Of a DNA stretch of 48,322 nt, positions 16,999 through 25,768 are shown in pieces; the first letter of the stretch is position 1, and every line of letters begins with the position of its first letter. The stretch is from the IMG/VR virus record IMGVR_UViG_3300028805_000080; one strand, 5' to 3'. The stretch is from a virus (lineage: Duplodnaviria; Heunggongvirae; Uroviricota; Caudoviricetes). The notes under the pieces were generated by a model. It was not told where the DNA came from. It ran no database searches and saw only the letters and a list, made by a program, of their open reading frames with translations. The position numbers were made by a program, and so were the translations under genes.

Positions 16999-17461
16999 GA
17001 TACCATTTCGGTGGATTTTTTTCTGCTGGACATTTCTTGAATATTGTCTTATTAAGATTTTTGACATTACTTACATCCCAAGAAGATATATCACCATTTT
17101 TTCCAGAAAAACTAGATCTAGCAAACATTGAAGACATATTTGTTACTTTACTAACATTCCATTTTGATAAGTCTCCATCAAATTTGCTATCATCAAACAT
17201 CAATAGCATATTAGTAACATTACTTACGTCCCACTCAGATATATCTCCATTAAAATCAGAATTAAGAAATAAACCAGACATATTAGTTATTTTTGATGTA
17301 TCAATATCATTCAAATCAGCTTCATTTCCACGTTCTTTAATAAGTTTATTTAATAAATCTATTAATTCATCTTTATCTTTAGGATGATAATGATATTTGT
17401 CAACTTTTATATCTTTATTTATCTTAAGTTTTTCTAATATAAATTGATTGATTTTCTTCAT
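16991..17461 (-). CDS. BspA/DUF285-type leucine-rich repeat protein with conserved N-terminal leader
   Basis: DLNDIDTSKITNMSGLF, ISEWDVSNVTNMLLMF, LSKWNVSKVTNMSSMF, ISSWDVSNV; C-terminal NPPKWY shared with 229..777. Confidence 0.85.
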   Translation of the reverse strand: MKKINQFILEKLKINKDIKVDKYHYHPKDKDELIDLLNKLIKERGNEADLNDIDTSKITNMSGLFLNSDFNGDISEWDVSNVTNMLLMFDDSKFDGDLSKWNVSKVTNMSSMFARSSFSGKNGDISSWDVSNVKNLNKTIFKKCPAEKNPPKWYHV

Positions 17462-17474
17462 AATTAATATTATA

Positions 17475-17487
17475 TATTTAAAAATAA
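17475..17487 (-). promoter_or_regulatory. Candidate late promoter TTATTTTTA-AATATA
   Basis: 17 nt upstream of the ATG at 17461, back-to-back with the early promoter at 17488. Confidence 0.5.
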
Positions 17488-17518
17488 ATTGAATTTTTTA
17501 AAGATTATTCTATATTAT
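17488..17518 (+). promoter_or_regulatory. Host-type (Bacteroidota) early promoter
   Basis: ATTG(AAT)-N19-TATATTAT upstream of the ATG at 17544. Confidence 0.6.
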
Positions 17519-17543
17519 TAATGTAATTAAAAAATATAAAGAT

Positions 17544-18284
17544 ATGTTTATCATTACATTAGCTCATAAATACTACGCCCTCTGGGAAATGTATACACGT
17601 ACTAACAACACCTCTTATGGTTATACAGAGGTACGTAATTATTATCGTTTCGTAAAGAATCTTGGTAAGGACCTTGAGAAAGCCAAAGCTAATTATCCTG
17701 ATGTGGAGATAAACCTCAAGATTAATCGTTTCCATAGGACAGAAGAGGTATATGAGAAACGTGTTTGGACTAGTGTTGATTATATTAGATTTGGTAAGTA
17801 TTTTAGAACTCCTGTACGTGAATGTTATGATTTCTCTTGGCTTGAGTGGTATTATGATAGAATTGAGAATGATACAAAGCATAAGGATTTTGTAGAGGAG
17901 TGGCTTCTTGAAAACGGATATAAGCTCAATAAGATGGGTTCTTATTATTATTTAACTTCTCCACTTGAGCAGAAGAGAAGCATGATGATAAGTGATAAGT
18001 ATAAAGATATTCTCGAGAAAGTAAATAACAATGAATCAATCAATTTCTCATTTGAAAAGAATCTTGATTATAAAGGAGAATATTTCGATGGTTCTTCAGA
18101 AATTAGATATCATTTCAATCATTATAATACTTATTCATATGAGGGATATCCTTATGGACTTCCTCTTTTGAATGGCAAAGCAAAAAGAATTAAGTTCAAG
18201 AATCTTGTTCTTACTTCTTATACCACAGAAATGGTAAATGATGAATTAGTAATTAATATTGAGGATTTCAGAATCATCAAATGA
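17544..18284 (+). CDS. Hypothetical protein (contains an FGKY motif)
   Basis: 246-aa ORF directly after an early promoter; IRFGKY resembles small nucleic-acid-binding modules. Confidence 0.75.
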   Translation: MFIITLAHKYYALWEMYTRTNNTSYGYTEVRNYYRFVKNLGKDLEKAKANYPDVEINLKINRFHRTEEVYEKRVWTSVDYIRFGKYFRTPVRECYDFSWLEWYYDRIENDTKHKDFVEEWLLENGYKLNKMGSYYYLTSPLEQKRSMMISDKYKDILEKVNNNESINFSFEKNLDYKGEYFDGSSEIRYHFNHYNTYSYEGYPYGLPLLNGKAKRIKFKNLVLTSYTTEMVNDELVINIEDFRIIK

Positions 18285-18285
18285 T

Positions 18286-18318
18286 TTTGAAATCCTTATA
18301 TTTATAATACTATATTTA
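18286..18318 (+). promoter_or_regulatory. Host-type early promoter
   Basis: TTTG-N21-TATATTTA upstream of the ATG at 18341. Confidence 0.5.
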
Positions 18319-18340
18319 GATAAATTTAATTTAATATATT

Positions 18341-18685
18341 ATGAAATATTGGTTATGTATTTATAGAGGAGAAAAGATTAATTGTCAGGAACAATATAAA
18401 GAAGTTTATCCTGTCATCGGATCTTTGTTTTTAGCAAAGTATGATGAGAATCCACCAACTATTCATAATGATGACAAATGGGTAGAAATCTCAAAAGAAG
18501 AATATGAGAAGGCTATGAATGACAATAATCATGTAATCAAATATGATGGTTATCATTGTATTGGTAAATGCACAGAATGCAAAGAATATATTGAGAAGAA
18601 ACATATTTGTAATGAGACTGATAAATTCATAAAAAATCCAGGAGTATTCAAGAATTGTTGTGTCTATAAATTTGATATAGAATAA
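18341..18685 (+). CDS. Cys-rich hypothetical protein
   Basis: C-terminal HCIGKCTEC...HIC...NCC, possible Zn binding. Confidence 0.7.
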   Translation: MKYWLCIYRGEKINCQEQYKEVYPVIGSLFLAKYDENPPTIHNDDKWVEISKEEYEKAMNDNNHVIKYDGYHCIGKCTECKEYIEKKHICNETDKFIKNPGVFKNCCVYKFDIE

Positions 18686-18716
18686 ATTGAATTTTCTTTA
18701 ATTTTTACTATATTTA
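18686..18716 (+). promoter_or_regulatory. Host-type (Bacteroidota) early promoter
   Basis: ATTG(AAT)-N19-TATATTTA upstream of the ATG at 18740. Confidence 0.65.
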
Positions 18717-18739
18717 AACAGTAATTAAAATTAAAGAAT

Positions 18740-19474
18740 ATGTTAGTAACACTCGATTGGATTCATTATCACTACTACAAGTTCAACAAGGAGTACTTTG
18801 GAGACTTGTTACCAAGTATTGATTTTAAGATTTCGCGTTCAAAGAATTCTTGGGGATTTGCCGAGTTCACTTATGATTATCCTAATGATACTATTATCCC
18901 GACAAGAATTATAATGTCTAATTATTATGATTCACCAGAAGAAGTCAAGCTTCATACTCTTCTTCATGAGATGATTCATATTGCAGATTATACATTCAAT
19001 CCACATCATTTTATCAAGAATCATAAAAAGGTATCTGGACATAGATATGATGCTCATGGTTGGTGGTTCCAAAAAGAATGTGAAAGACTTAAGAAATATG
19101 GATGGAATATTGATAGATTTGTTTCAATGGAAGATCAGAATCTTTCAAAGCCATCTAAAAGAGCTATTGATAATTTGAATAACAAGAAATCTATATGTAT
19201 TGCTTGTGTAATCACTTCAGACAATAAGGCATTTGTATTCAAGACAGATATCTACAAATTGAATGAAGTAAAGAAAACTATCAAAAAGATTTCAAATAGA
19301 GAATGGACAAGATTTCTTGATGGAGAAATAAATTCAGTTAAGTTCTATAAGACATCAAGCGAGCAATTCTCTTCATTAAGAAGCAGATGTAAGAAACTTA
19401 CTGGTAAGAAGATGCCATTGTCATATCTTGATGATTATATGAGTTATTATAAATTTAATGAATTCAATAGTTAA
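18740..19474 (+). CDS. SprT-like zinc metalloprotease
   Basis: YYKFNKEYFGDLLP...TLLHEMIH (HExxH)...DAHGWWFQKECERL, the SprT-family pattern. Confidence 0.88.
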   Translation: MLVTLDWIHYHYYKFNKEYFGDLLPSIDFKISRSKNSWGFAEFTYDYPNDTIIPTRIIMSNYYDSPEEVKLHTLLHEMIHIADYTFNPHHFIKNHKKVSGHRYDAHGWWFQKECERLKKYGWNIDRFVSMEDQNLSKPSKRAIDNLNNKKSICIACVITSDNKAFVFKTDIYKLNEVKKTIKKISNREWTRFLDGEINSVKFYKTSSEQFSSLRSRCKKLTGKKMPLSYLDDYMSYYKFNEFNS

Positions 19475-20755
19475 ATGAAATTAGAATTATATAAAGAGAT
19501 TAGATCTTATATTAAGACATTGATCACTAATACAAAGTTTGAAGGAAAAACCTATTGTGTTGGTGGTTGTTGTCGTGATGAGATTTTAGGTAATGATATT
19601 AAAGATATTGATATTGTCATTGAGTTAGAGAATGGTGGTATTGGCTTTGCTACTTATCTTTATGAGAAACATCTTACTAAAGGAAATGTTAGAGTATTCC
19701 AAAGATTTGGCACAGCAATGTTCATTCTTAAGAAATATCCTAATATTGAAATTGAAGTAGTACATACACGTTGTGAGAAATATCTTGATGGAACTTCAAG
19801 AAATCCTATTACTGATTTTGGAACAATTCATGAAGATTGTTATAGGCGTGACTTGACTATCAATTGTCTTTATTATAATATTTCAGAAGAAAAATTCTAT
19901 GATTTTTGTGGATATTCTTTAGATCATATCAAGAATCATATTATTTGTACTCCATATAATCCAGATATTACTTATAGTGATGATCCTCTTCGTATTTTAC
20001 GATGTGTAAGATTTGCAACAAGATATGGATGGAATATAGAGAATCAAACTTATCAAGCTCTTAAAAGAAATGTCAATAGACTATATATCATAACTGATGA
20101 GCGTATAACAGATGAGTTTATGAAGATTATATCTGATAAGAATTATTTTCATGGATTGAATCTTCTTGAAGATATTGGTGCATTAGATTATATATTGACT
20201 CCTATTGAAATAAGGCCAAATCATTATAAGCCTAAATTCTATGAGTATCATTCTAATCTAATGGTGTCTCCTCTTTTGGATAATGCCAATGTTAGATTAA
20301 CAGTATTGATGTTTCCTTATATGCAATATACTGAGCAGATTTTAAAGAAACGTAAGCTTCCTAATATTAATATTAAATATATTTGCAATCTAAGTAATTT
20401 AGCTAAGAAATATCTTAATTTGTTTGACAAGGCAAATTTGACTAATTTGGCGTTAATAAGAAGATGTCAATATCAATGCAAATCCAAAAAAGTATTTAAT
20501 GACTTAATTAAAATATTGATAACATTGAATCCATCATTAAGAGATCTTATAAAAGTAGATTTTATTATATGTAATCATTTTAATTATGAATTACCAATTG
20601 ATGGTCAAGATGTCATGAAATATTGTAACTTGGGTCCATCTAAAGAAGTAAAAGAAATATTAAGTGATATGTTAGATATTTCATTTGCTATGCCAAGTCT
20701 ATCAAGAGATAGTTATATTGAAATTCTTAAAAAATATAATAAGGATAGAACTTAA
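19475..20755 (+). CDS. cca: Class II tRNA nucleotidyltransferase (CCA-adding enzyme)
   Basis: YCVGGCCRDEILGNDIKDIDI (motif A), FQRFGTA, TRCEKY...SRNP loop, EDCYRRDLTIN, DDPLRILRCVRFA. No HD domain seen. Confidence 0.85.
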   Translation: MKLELYKEIRSYIKTLITNTKFEGKTYCVGGCCRDEILGNDIKDIDIVIELENGGIGFATYLYEKHLTKGNVRVFQRFGTAMFILKKYPNIEIEVVHTRCEKYLDGTSRNPITDFGTIHEDCYRRDLTINCLYYNISEEKFYDFCGYSLDHIKNHIICTPYNPDITYSDDPLRILRCVRFATRYGWNIENQTYQALKRNVNRLYIITDERITDEFMKIISDKNYFHGLNLLEDIGALDYILTPIEIRPNHYKPKFYEYHSNLMVSPLLDNANVRLTVLMFPYMQYTEQILKKRKLPNINIKYICNLSNLAKKYLNLFDKANLTNLALIRRCQYQCKSKKVFNDLIKILITLNPSLRDLIKVDFIICNHFNYELPIDGQDVMKYCNLGPSKEVKEILSDMLDISFAMPSLSRDSYIEILKKYNKDRT

Positions 20756-20758
20756 GTT

Positions 20759-20989
20759 CTATCCTTTTATTATTGTAAATCTAAGATTTTTCATATTAGT
20801 ACCAATATCTATTGTCTTATTCATTACTTTTACTTTAAACAATAGTTCATTTCCTTTTATATAATAAGATAATACTTTACCAGTAACATTGAAATTAGGA
20901 AAGAACTCACAATCAGATTTGAATTGAACTTTATTTCCTATTAATTTCTTTATAAGGTTTTGATATGAATATTTTCTTACTGATTCCAT
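20759..20989 (-). CDS. Hypothetical protein
   Basis: 76-aa ORF, last gene of a three-gene minus-strand unit. Confidence 0.7.
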   Translation of the reverse strand: MESVRKYSYQNLIKKLIGNKVQFKSDCEFFPNFNVTGKVLSYYIKGNELLFKVKVMNKTIDIGTNMKNLRFTIIKG

Positions 20990-20991
20990 AA

Positions 20992-21624
20992 TTAGTCAAC
21001 AATTGTCCAGCATTCTAATAGTTTATTGAAATCTTGATAAAGTAATATCCAATATCCATTAGAACCATATCTTGGACCCCATGAATTTCTAATGATAAAT
21101 CCTTTTTTAGTATATCCTACAATTGCTATAGCATGTCCTCCAAGATTTCTTGATCCATTCCAAAAATCATTAGAACTTTCATTCTTGACATAAAGACCTC
21201 CTACACAAGGGCCATTCAATAATAATGCTTGCTTAAGTGCTAAATAAGATCTAACCATAGCATATTTCTCTATTTTCAATTTACCAATATCCGATTTTAC
21301 TCCTTGTTTCTTCAAAAAATTCAATGCTTCTTTAAAAGTCATTCCATTATCTCCTGGAGTTGTTCTTACTGAATATATTTCTCTTTTGTCAATATGATTG
21401 TTTCTTTTATTATCTTGAGAGTTATCAACATTACAATTCCAATCAAGGTGAGCTGCTAAAGCATATGTTACGCACATGTTAGTAGATCCTTGATTTTCTA
21501 CTTGTGGTAAATAATCTATATAAGAATATTCTTCAGGAATCTCAAAATTCTTGATAACATCAAATTTTTTCTCGGTACCATCAATCTCTGAAGGTCTCCA
21601 TCCATAAGATATTTCTTTTTTCAT
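20992..21624 (-). CDS. Papain-like C1 family cysteine peptidase
   Basis: QVENQGSTNMCVTYA (oxyanion Q, catalytic C), GGHAIAIVGY (H), IRNSWG (N). N-terminal YGWRPS resembles bacterial C1A enzymes. Confidence 0.9.
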   Translation of the reverse strand: MKKEISYGWRPSEIDGTEKKFDVIKNFEIPEEYSYIDYLPQVENQGSTNMCVTYALAAHLDWNCNVDNSQDNKRNNHIDKREIYSVRTTPGDNGMTFKEALNFLKKQGVKSDIGKLKIEKYAMVRSYLALKQALLLNGPCVGGLYVKNESSNDFWNGSRNLGGHAIAIVGYTKKGFIIRNSWGPRYGSNGYWILLYQDFNKLLECWTIVD

Positions 21625-21636
21625 AGTATAAACTCA

Positions 21637-22014
21637 TTATTTTTTAATTCTCTTGGTTATCTTATAAGTATTATTATCTATTTTTATCAAACGATATATA
21701 CTTTCACTTATATTATCATATTTAATATACATATATTCATTAAAAGGAAGTCCATTCTCTCCATCCCTAGAAGAAAATATATACCATTTATTTAAGTCAT
21801 TAGAAATTCTATCCACTTTGCATATTGAGTCAAATTGTATTCTTGTAAACTCTCTTTCAAATGCATTATACATACTCATTCCATAAGTTTGATTATCATT
21901 TGATGAAATTTCTATTGTTTGGTTTTCTATATTATTTAAATGATGACAACTTATTGGAGTAATACAAAGAATCAAAACAAATATTAGCTTAATTAATAAA
22001 TTGAATTTTTTCAT
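21637..22014 (-). CDS. Putative lipoprotein
   Basis: MKKFNLLIKLIFVLILCITPIS-C: basic n-region, hydrophobic h-region, lipobox-like PISC. Confidence 0.65.
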   Translation of the reverse strand: MKKFNLLIKLIFVLILCITPISCHHLNNIENQTIEISSNDNQTYGMSMYNAFEREFTRIQFDSICKVDRISNDLNKWYIFSSRDGENGLPFNEYMYIKYDNISESIYRLIKIDNNTYKITKRIKK

Positions 22015-22035
22015 GTTTATTCTATTTTATTAATG

Positions 22036-22062
22036 TATTTATAACCTTATATTTAAAAATAA
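22036..22062 (-). promoter_or_regulatory. Candidate late promoter TTATTTTTA-AATATAAGG-TTATAAATA
   Basis: Contains both TTATTTTTA (22054-22062) and TATAAATA (22036-22043), upstream of the lipoprotein/peptidase unit. Confidence 0.55.
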
Positions 22063-22067
22063 TTTTT

Positions 22068-22271
22068 ATGATATTAGAAAAAAATATAAATACTGTAAGA
22101 GATTTAGTAAATTTTCTTTTGACATTAGATCAAGATCGTCCAATATGTGGAGAATATATTGTAGATTATTTTGGAGTAAAGTCTTGTCAAGGATATAAAG
22201 AAAGACCATTACTTACATCATTAATTGAAGATAGAGGTTATGATTATAAATTTAAAGCAATGATATATTAA
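22068..22271 (+). CDS. Hypothetical protein
   Basis: 67-aa ORF whose stop overlaps the clpX start (TAATG). Confidence 0.65.
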   Translation: MILEKNINTVRDLVNFLLTLDQDRPICGEYIVDYFGVKSCQGYKERPLLTSLIEDRGYDYKFKAMIY

Positions 22272-23452
22272 TGAAGAGATGTAGTTTTTGTGGTAGATCA
22301 GAAAATGATACTAACTTATTGATTAATGGAGTATTTGGAAATATATGTGAAGAATGTGCAAGTCAAGCATATAAACTTATAAATGAGAATAAGAAGCCAA
22401 TATATAAAGAGTCAATAGGAGGAATGAAAAAACCTAAAGAAATTAAAGAGTTTTTAGATCAATATATCATTGGACAAGATATTGCTAAAGAGAGAATTTC
22501 TGTAGCAGTATATAATCATTATAAAAGAATCAATGCTGCAAATATTGATAATGATGTAGAAATTGAGAAGTCTAATTGCCTCGTTCTTGGTCCAACTGGT
22601 AGTGGAAAAACGATGCTTGCTCGTACTATTGCTAAACTTCTTGATGTACCTTTCTGTATAGCTGATGCTACAGTGCTTACTGAGGCAGGATATGTTGGTG
22701 AAGATGTTGAAAGCATTATTACTCGTCTTCTTCAAGCAGCAGACTATGATGTAGAGAAAGCTGAAAGAGGAATTATCTTTATTGATGAGATAGATAAGAT
22801 TGCACGTAAAGGAGATAATCCATCAATAACAAGAGATGTAAGCGGAGAAGGCGTACAACAAGGATTACTTAAGCTTCTTGAAGGTAGTATTGTTGGAGTT
22901 GCACCTAAAGGCGGTAGAAAACATCCAGATCAAGCATTGATACAAGTAGATACTAAGAATATTCTATTTATTTGCGGTGGCGCTTTTGATGGAATTGAAC
23001 GTCGTATTGATCAAAGACTTAATAAACATGCTGTAGGGTTTAAAGCCACAAATAATAGAAGTAATTATCAAGAGTCATCTCTTTCTTTAGTAACTGTACA
23101 AGATATCAAGAAATTTGGCCTTATTCCAGAGATACTTGGTCGTCTTCCTGTTATTACATATACTAATGAGCTTAATAGAGATGACTTGATTAGAATTATC
23201 ACCGAGCCTAAGAATGCTATTGTAAAACAATATAAGAAACTTTTTGAAATAGATGGAATTGACCTTAAGTTTGAAAAGAAAGTATATGAATATATTGCAG
23301 ATAAAGCCATTGAGAGAGGAGTAGGAGCAAGAGGCCTTCGTGGTATTATGGAAGATATTATGACAAAAGCAATGTTCAATTTACCAAGTGATGATAAAAA
23401 AGAATTCAAAGTCACATTAAAATATGCAAAAGAAATGCTAGAAAATAATTAA
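22271..23452 (+). CDS. clpX: ATP-dependent Clp protease ATP-binding subunit ClpX
   Basis: C4 zinc finger CSFCG...CEEC, Walker [21 protein letters not shown], Walker [30 protein letters not shown] loop, VGF ClpP-docking loop, GARGLR. Confidence 0.96.
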   Translation: MKRCSFCGRSENDTNLLINGVFGNICEECASQAYKLINENKKPIYKESIGGMKKPKEIKEFLDQYIIGQDIAKERISVAVYNHYKRINAANIDNDVEIEKSNCLVLGPTGSGKTMLARTIAKLLDVPFCIADATVLTEAGYVGEDVESIITRLLQAADYDVEKAERGIIFIDEIDKIARKGDNPSITRDVSGEGVQQGLLKLLEGSIVGVAPKGGRKHPDQALIQVDTKNILFICGGAFDGIERRIDQRLNKHAVGFKATNNRSNYQESSLSLVTVQDIKKFGLIPEILGRLPVITYTNELNRDDLIRIITEPKNAIVKQYKKLFEIDGIDLKFEKKVYEYIADKAIERGVGARGLRGIMEDIMTKAMFNLPSDDKKEFKVTLKYAKEMLENN

Positions 23453-23499
23453 ATATTAAGTATTATTAATAAAGTATAATAAATAAATAATATTATTGA

Positions 23500-24645
23500 A
23501 TGAATTTAGAAAATATATATAGTGTATTTAAGACTTTCAATCCACATACTGATGACTATTTAGGAGCAATGTTCATCAATATGTTTGGAGAATTATCAAA
23601 ATGTTATAGAATATATTTTGATGAAAATGAAAAATTAGTATATAAGCCTTATTATGAAGCTTTTGACAGTCTAAAGTTTAGCCTTAAGACAAAGATTGAT
23701 ACTAGAAAAATAGTTGAGAATCTTATCAAGACAAAATTACCTAAAGATCAATATTTCTTTTGTTATTCTCAACATGAATATCTTTATTGTGGAGAAATCA
23801 CAAAAACAAATGTAATATCTGATTTTGAGACATCCACAGATATTTGTCATTTTCTTATATCTTTGACATTATCTGATTCAACTGATTCTTCAAGTTTTTA
23901 TGAAGAGATATTTACAGATAATATTGATATAGCATTTGAAGAAATAAAGAAATATATTGAGAAGTATGAGTTAAAGAATAATATTGATTTTGGTATTGCT
24001 GCTATTGATGCAACAAATTCGGTATATACTTCTTATTATGACTATACACCAATAGATATTGATATTGATAAAAATTATAATGATGATTTTAAACCTGTAT
24101 ATGAAAAAATTTGTAATATTATAGAAAGTGAAGGTAAATCTTCTTTAATGCTTTTCTATGGGAAGCCAGGTACAGGAAAATCATCTGTATTAAAGAATCT
24201 TATCAGTAAATATCCAATGAAGGAATTTGTATTTATTGATGGCGCATTATTAGCAAGTGCATCTCCAGAAAAACTTATGAGTTATTTCTTGGATAATTGC
24301 GATACAGTATTTATTCTTGAAGATTGTGAAAAAGCATTATTGACTAGAGAGCATTATGCTAATCCTGTCATTTCTATATTACTTAATCTTACTGATGGTA
24401 TTATCAGCGATGTATTGAAAATCAAGTTTATTTGTACATTCAATACAGCTTTGAATAAGATTGATGAAGCATTACTTCGTAAAGGACGTCTTTCATTAAA
24501 ATATGAATTTAAAGAACTTGACAAAGAAAAAGCATCTAAGTTATTAGGTAAAGAAGTGAATAAAGCTATGACTCTTGCTGATATATATAATATTGATGAA
24601 GAAAATGATTTCTCTAAGAAGCCACAAAATAAAATTGGATTTTAA
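23500..24645 (+). CDS. AAA+ ATPase (C-terminal IGF)
   Basis: Walker A GKPGTGKS, Walker B FILEDCE, LLNLTDG, TFN, IDEALLRKGRL (SRH arginine finger); ends in NKIGF. Confidence 0.88.
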   Translation: MNLENIYSVFKTFNPHTDDYLGAMFINMFGELSKCYRIYFDENEKLVYKPYYEAFDSLKFSLKTKIDTRKIVENLIKTKLPKDQYFFCYSQHEYLYCGEITKTNVISDFETSTDICHFLISLTLSDSTDSSSFYEEIFTDNIDIAFEEIKKYIEKYELKNNIDFGIAAIDATNSVYTSYYDYTPIDIDIDKNYNDDFKPVYEKICNIIESEGKSSLMLFYGKPGTGKSSVLKNLISKYPMKEFVFIDGALLASASPEKLMSYFLDNCDTVFILEDCEKALLTREHYANPVISILLNLTDGIISDVLKIKFICTFNTALNKIDEALLRKGRLSLKYEFKELDKEKASKLLGKEVNKAMTLADIYNIDEENDFSKKPQNKIGF

Positions 24646-24648
24646 TAT

Positions 24649-25242
24649 ATGGAATTAGAGCAATTTGTAAAGTCTATTACAGATATTTTAGAAGATAATA
24701 ATATTGAATATTTCTATAAAAATGTTGGTCATATACAACCAATTGAAGATAATAAAGCAATATTATATTTTACCAGAGATATTATGATATTCTTTGATAA
24801 TCATAATTGTATGGTTGATATTGTATTCAATTATGTAGATAATATAGTATATCTTAAAGAAATGACAATACAAATAGAAGGAGAAGACTATGGATATAAA
24901 CATTGTAAGATATTTGATAGAAAGACAAATAAATATCATGAAATTCCATTGAATATTAAATTAGATGAATATATATTAAGATATATTCAAGATTATCTTT
25001 CTATATGTCTAAGATATGCAAATGATAATGAAGCTTTACATAATATTTGGAAAAAGTCTTTGACTCGTACAACTTATAAAGAAAAATATCCAATATTTAG
25101 AGTAGACAAGACTACTTATATAGATAAAGATAAATATTTGTCAATAGAAGATATATTTGGTACTTGTGATAGACTTAATGAGAAGCTATTCTTTTTTGAA
25201 GATAATGAAATAGAATTTAAATTAGTTGAAGATGAAGATTAA
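24649..25242 (+). CDS. Hypothetical protein
   Basis: 197-aa ORF packed in the operon. Confidence 0.75.
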   Translation: MELEQFVKSITDILEDNNIEYFYKNVGHIQPIEDNKAILYFTRDIMIFFDNHNCMVDIVFNYVDNIVYLKEMTIQIEGEDYGYKHCKIFDRKTNKYHEIPLNIKLDEYILRYIQDYLSICLRYANDNEALHNIWKKSLTRTTYKEKYPIFRVDKTTYIDKDKYLSIEDIFGTCDRLNEKLFFFEDNEIEFKLVEDED

Positions 25243-25765
25243 AGATATTTTTGATGATATTGTTTGGTATATCTGGGATTGGCCTAAGAAAGTTAAAGGA
25301 GATATAAGGCATTGGATATTGACTTGTGCAAAATATAAGTCTCATTGGAAATTTGTTTGGTATTGTTGTTTTCATTGCTATCCTTGGGATAAAGACTTTA
25401 TGATTAAGACACAATATTATTGGCTAAAGAAAAGTCAAGAATATTTTAATAATAGATGCTATTGTTCAGAAAACAAGCTTAATGAGATAAATAGATATCA
25501 AAGAATATGTATTGGACTTATTGAGATTATGCTTGATATTAGAGAATATTGGGATTATGACATGAAAAGCAAAAAAGTCATTATGAAGATTCCATATAAT
25601 TTAAAGAATAAAGAAAGATTTCCATATAGAGGAATAGATACTAATAGTCATGAATGTATGGCAACAGATATATATGAGAATTTTCCTGATGAGTACTATA
25701 AATATAAAGCAAGATACTTATATTATAAAATATTAGAAAATTATTCAGATGATTGGTGGGATTAA
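25226..25765 (+). CDS. Hypothetical protein (C-terminal WWD phage family)
   Basis: CYPWDKDF...YLYYKILENYSDDWWD. Confidence 0.75.
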   Translation: MKMKIKDIFDDIVWYIWDWPKKVKGDIRHWILTCAKYKSHWKFVWYCCFHCYPWDKDFMIKTQYYWLKKSQEYFNNRCYCSENKLNEINRYQRICIGLIEIMLDIREYWDYDMKSKKVIMKIPYNLKNKERFPYRGIDTNSHECMATDIYENFPDEYYKYKARYLYYKILENYSDDWWD

Positions 25766-25768
25766 ATT

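Noticed and set aside
21637-22014. Calling the lipoprotein an o-spanin
   Set aside because: No adjacent i-spanin-like gene (N-terminal TM plus coiled coil), and it is far from the endolysin. Kept only as a putative lipoprotein.
2187-23452. Inteins or introns in recA or clpX
   Set aside because: Both are normal length with continuous motifs, and no intein termini or homing-nuclease inserts were seen.
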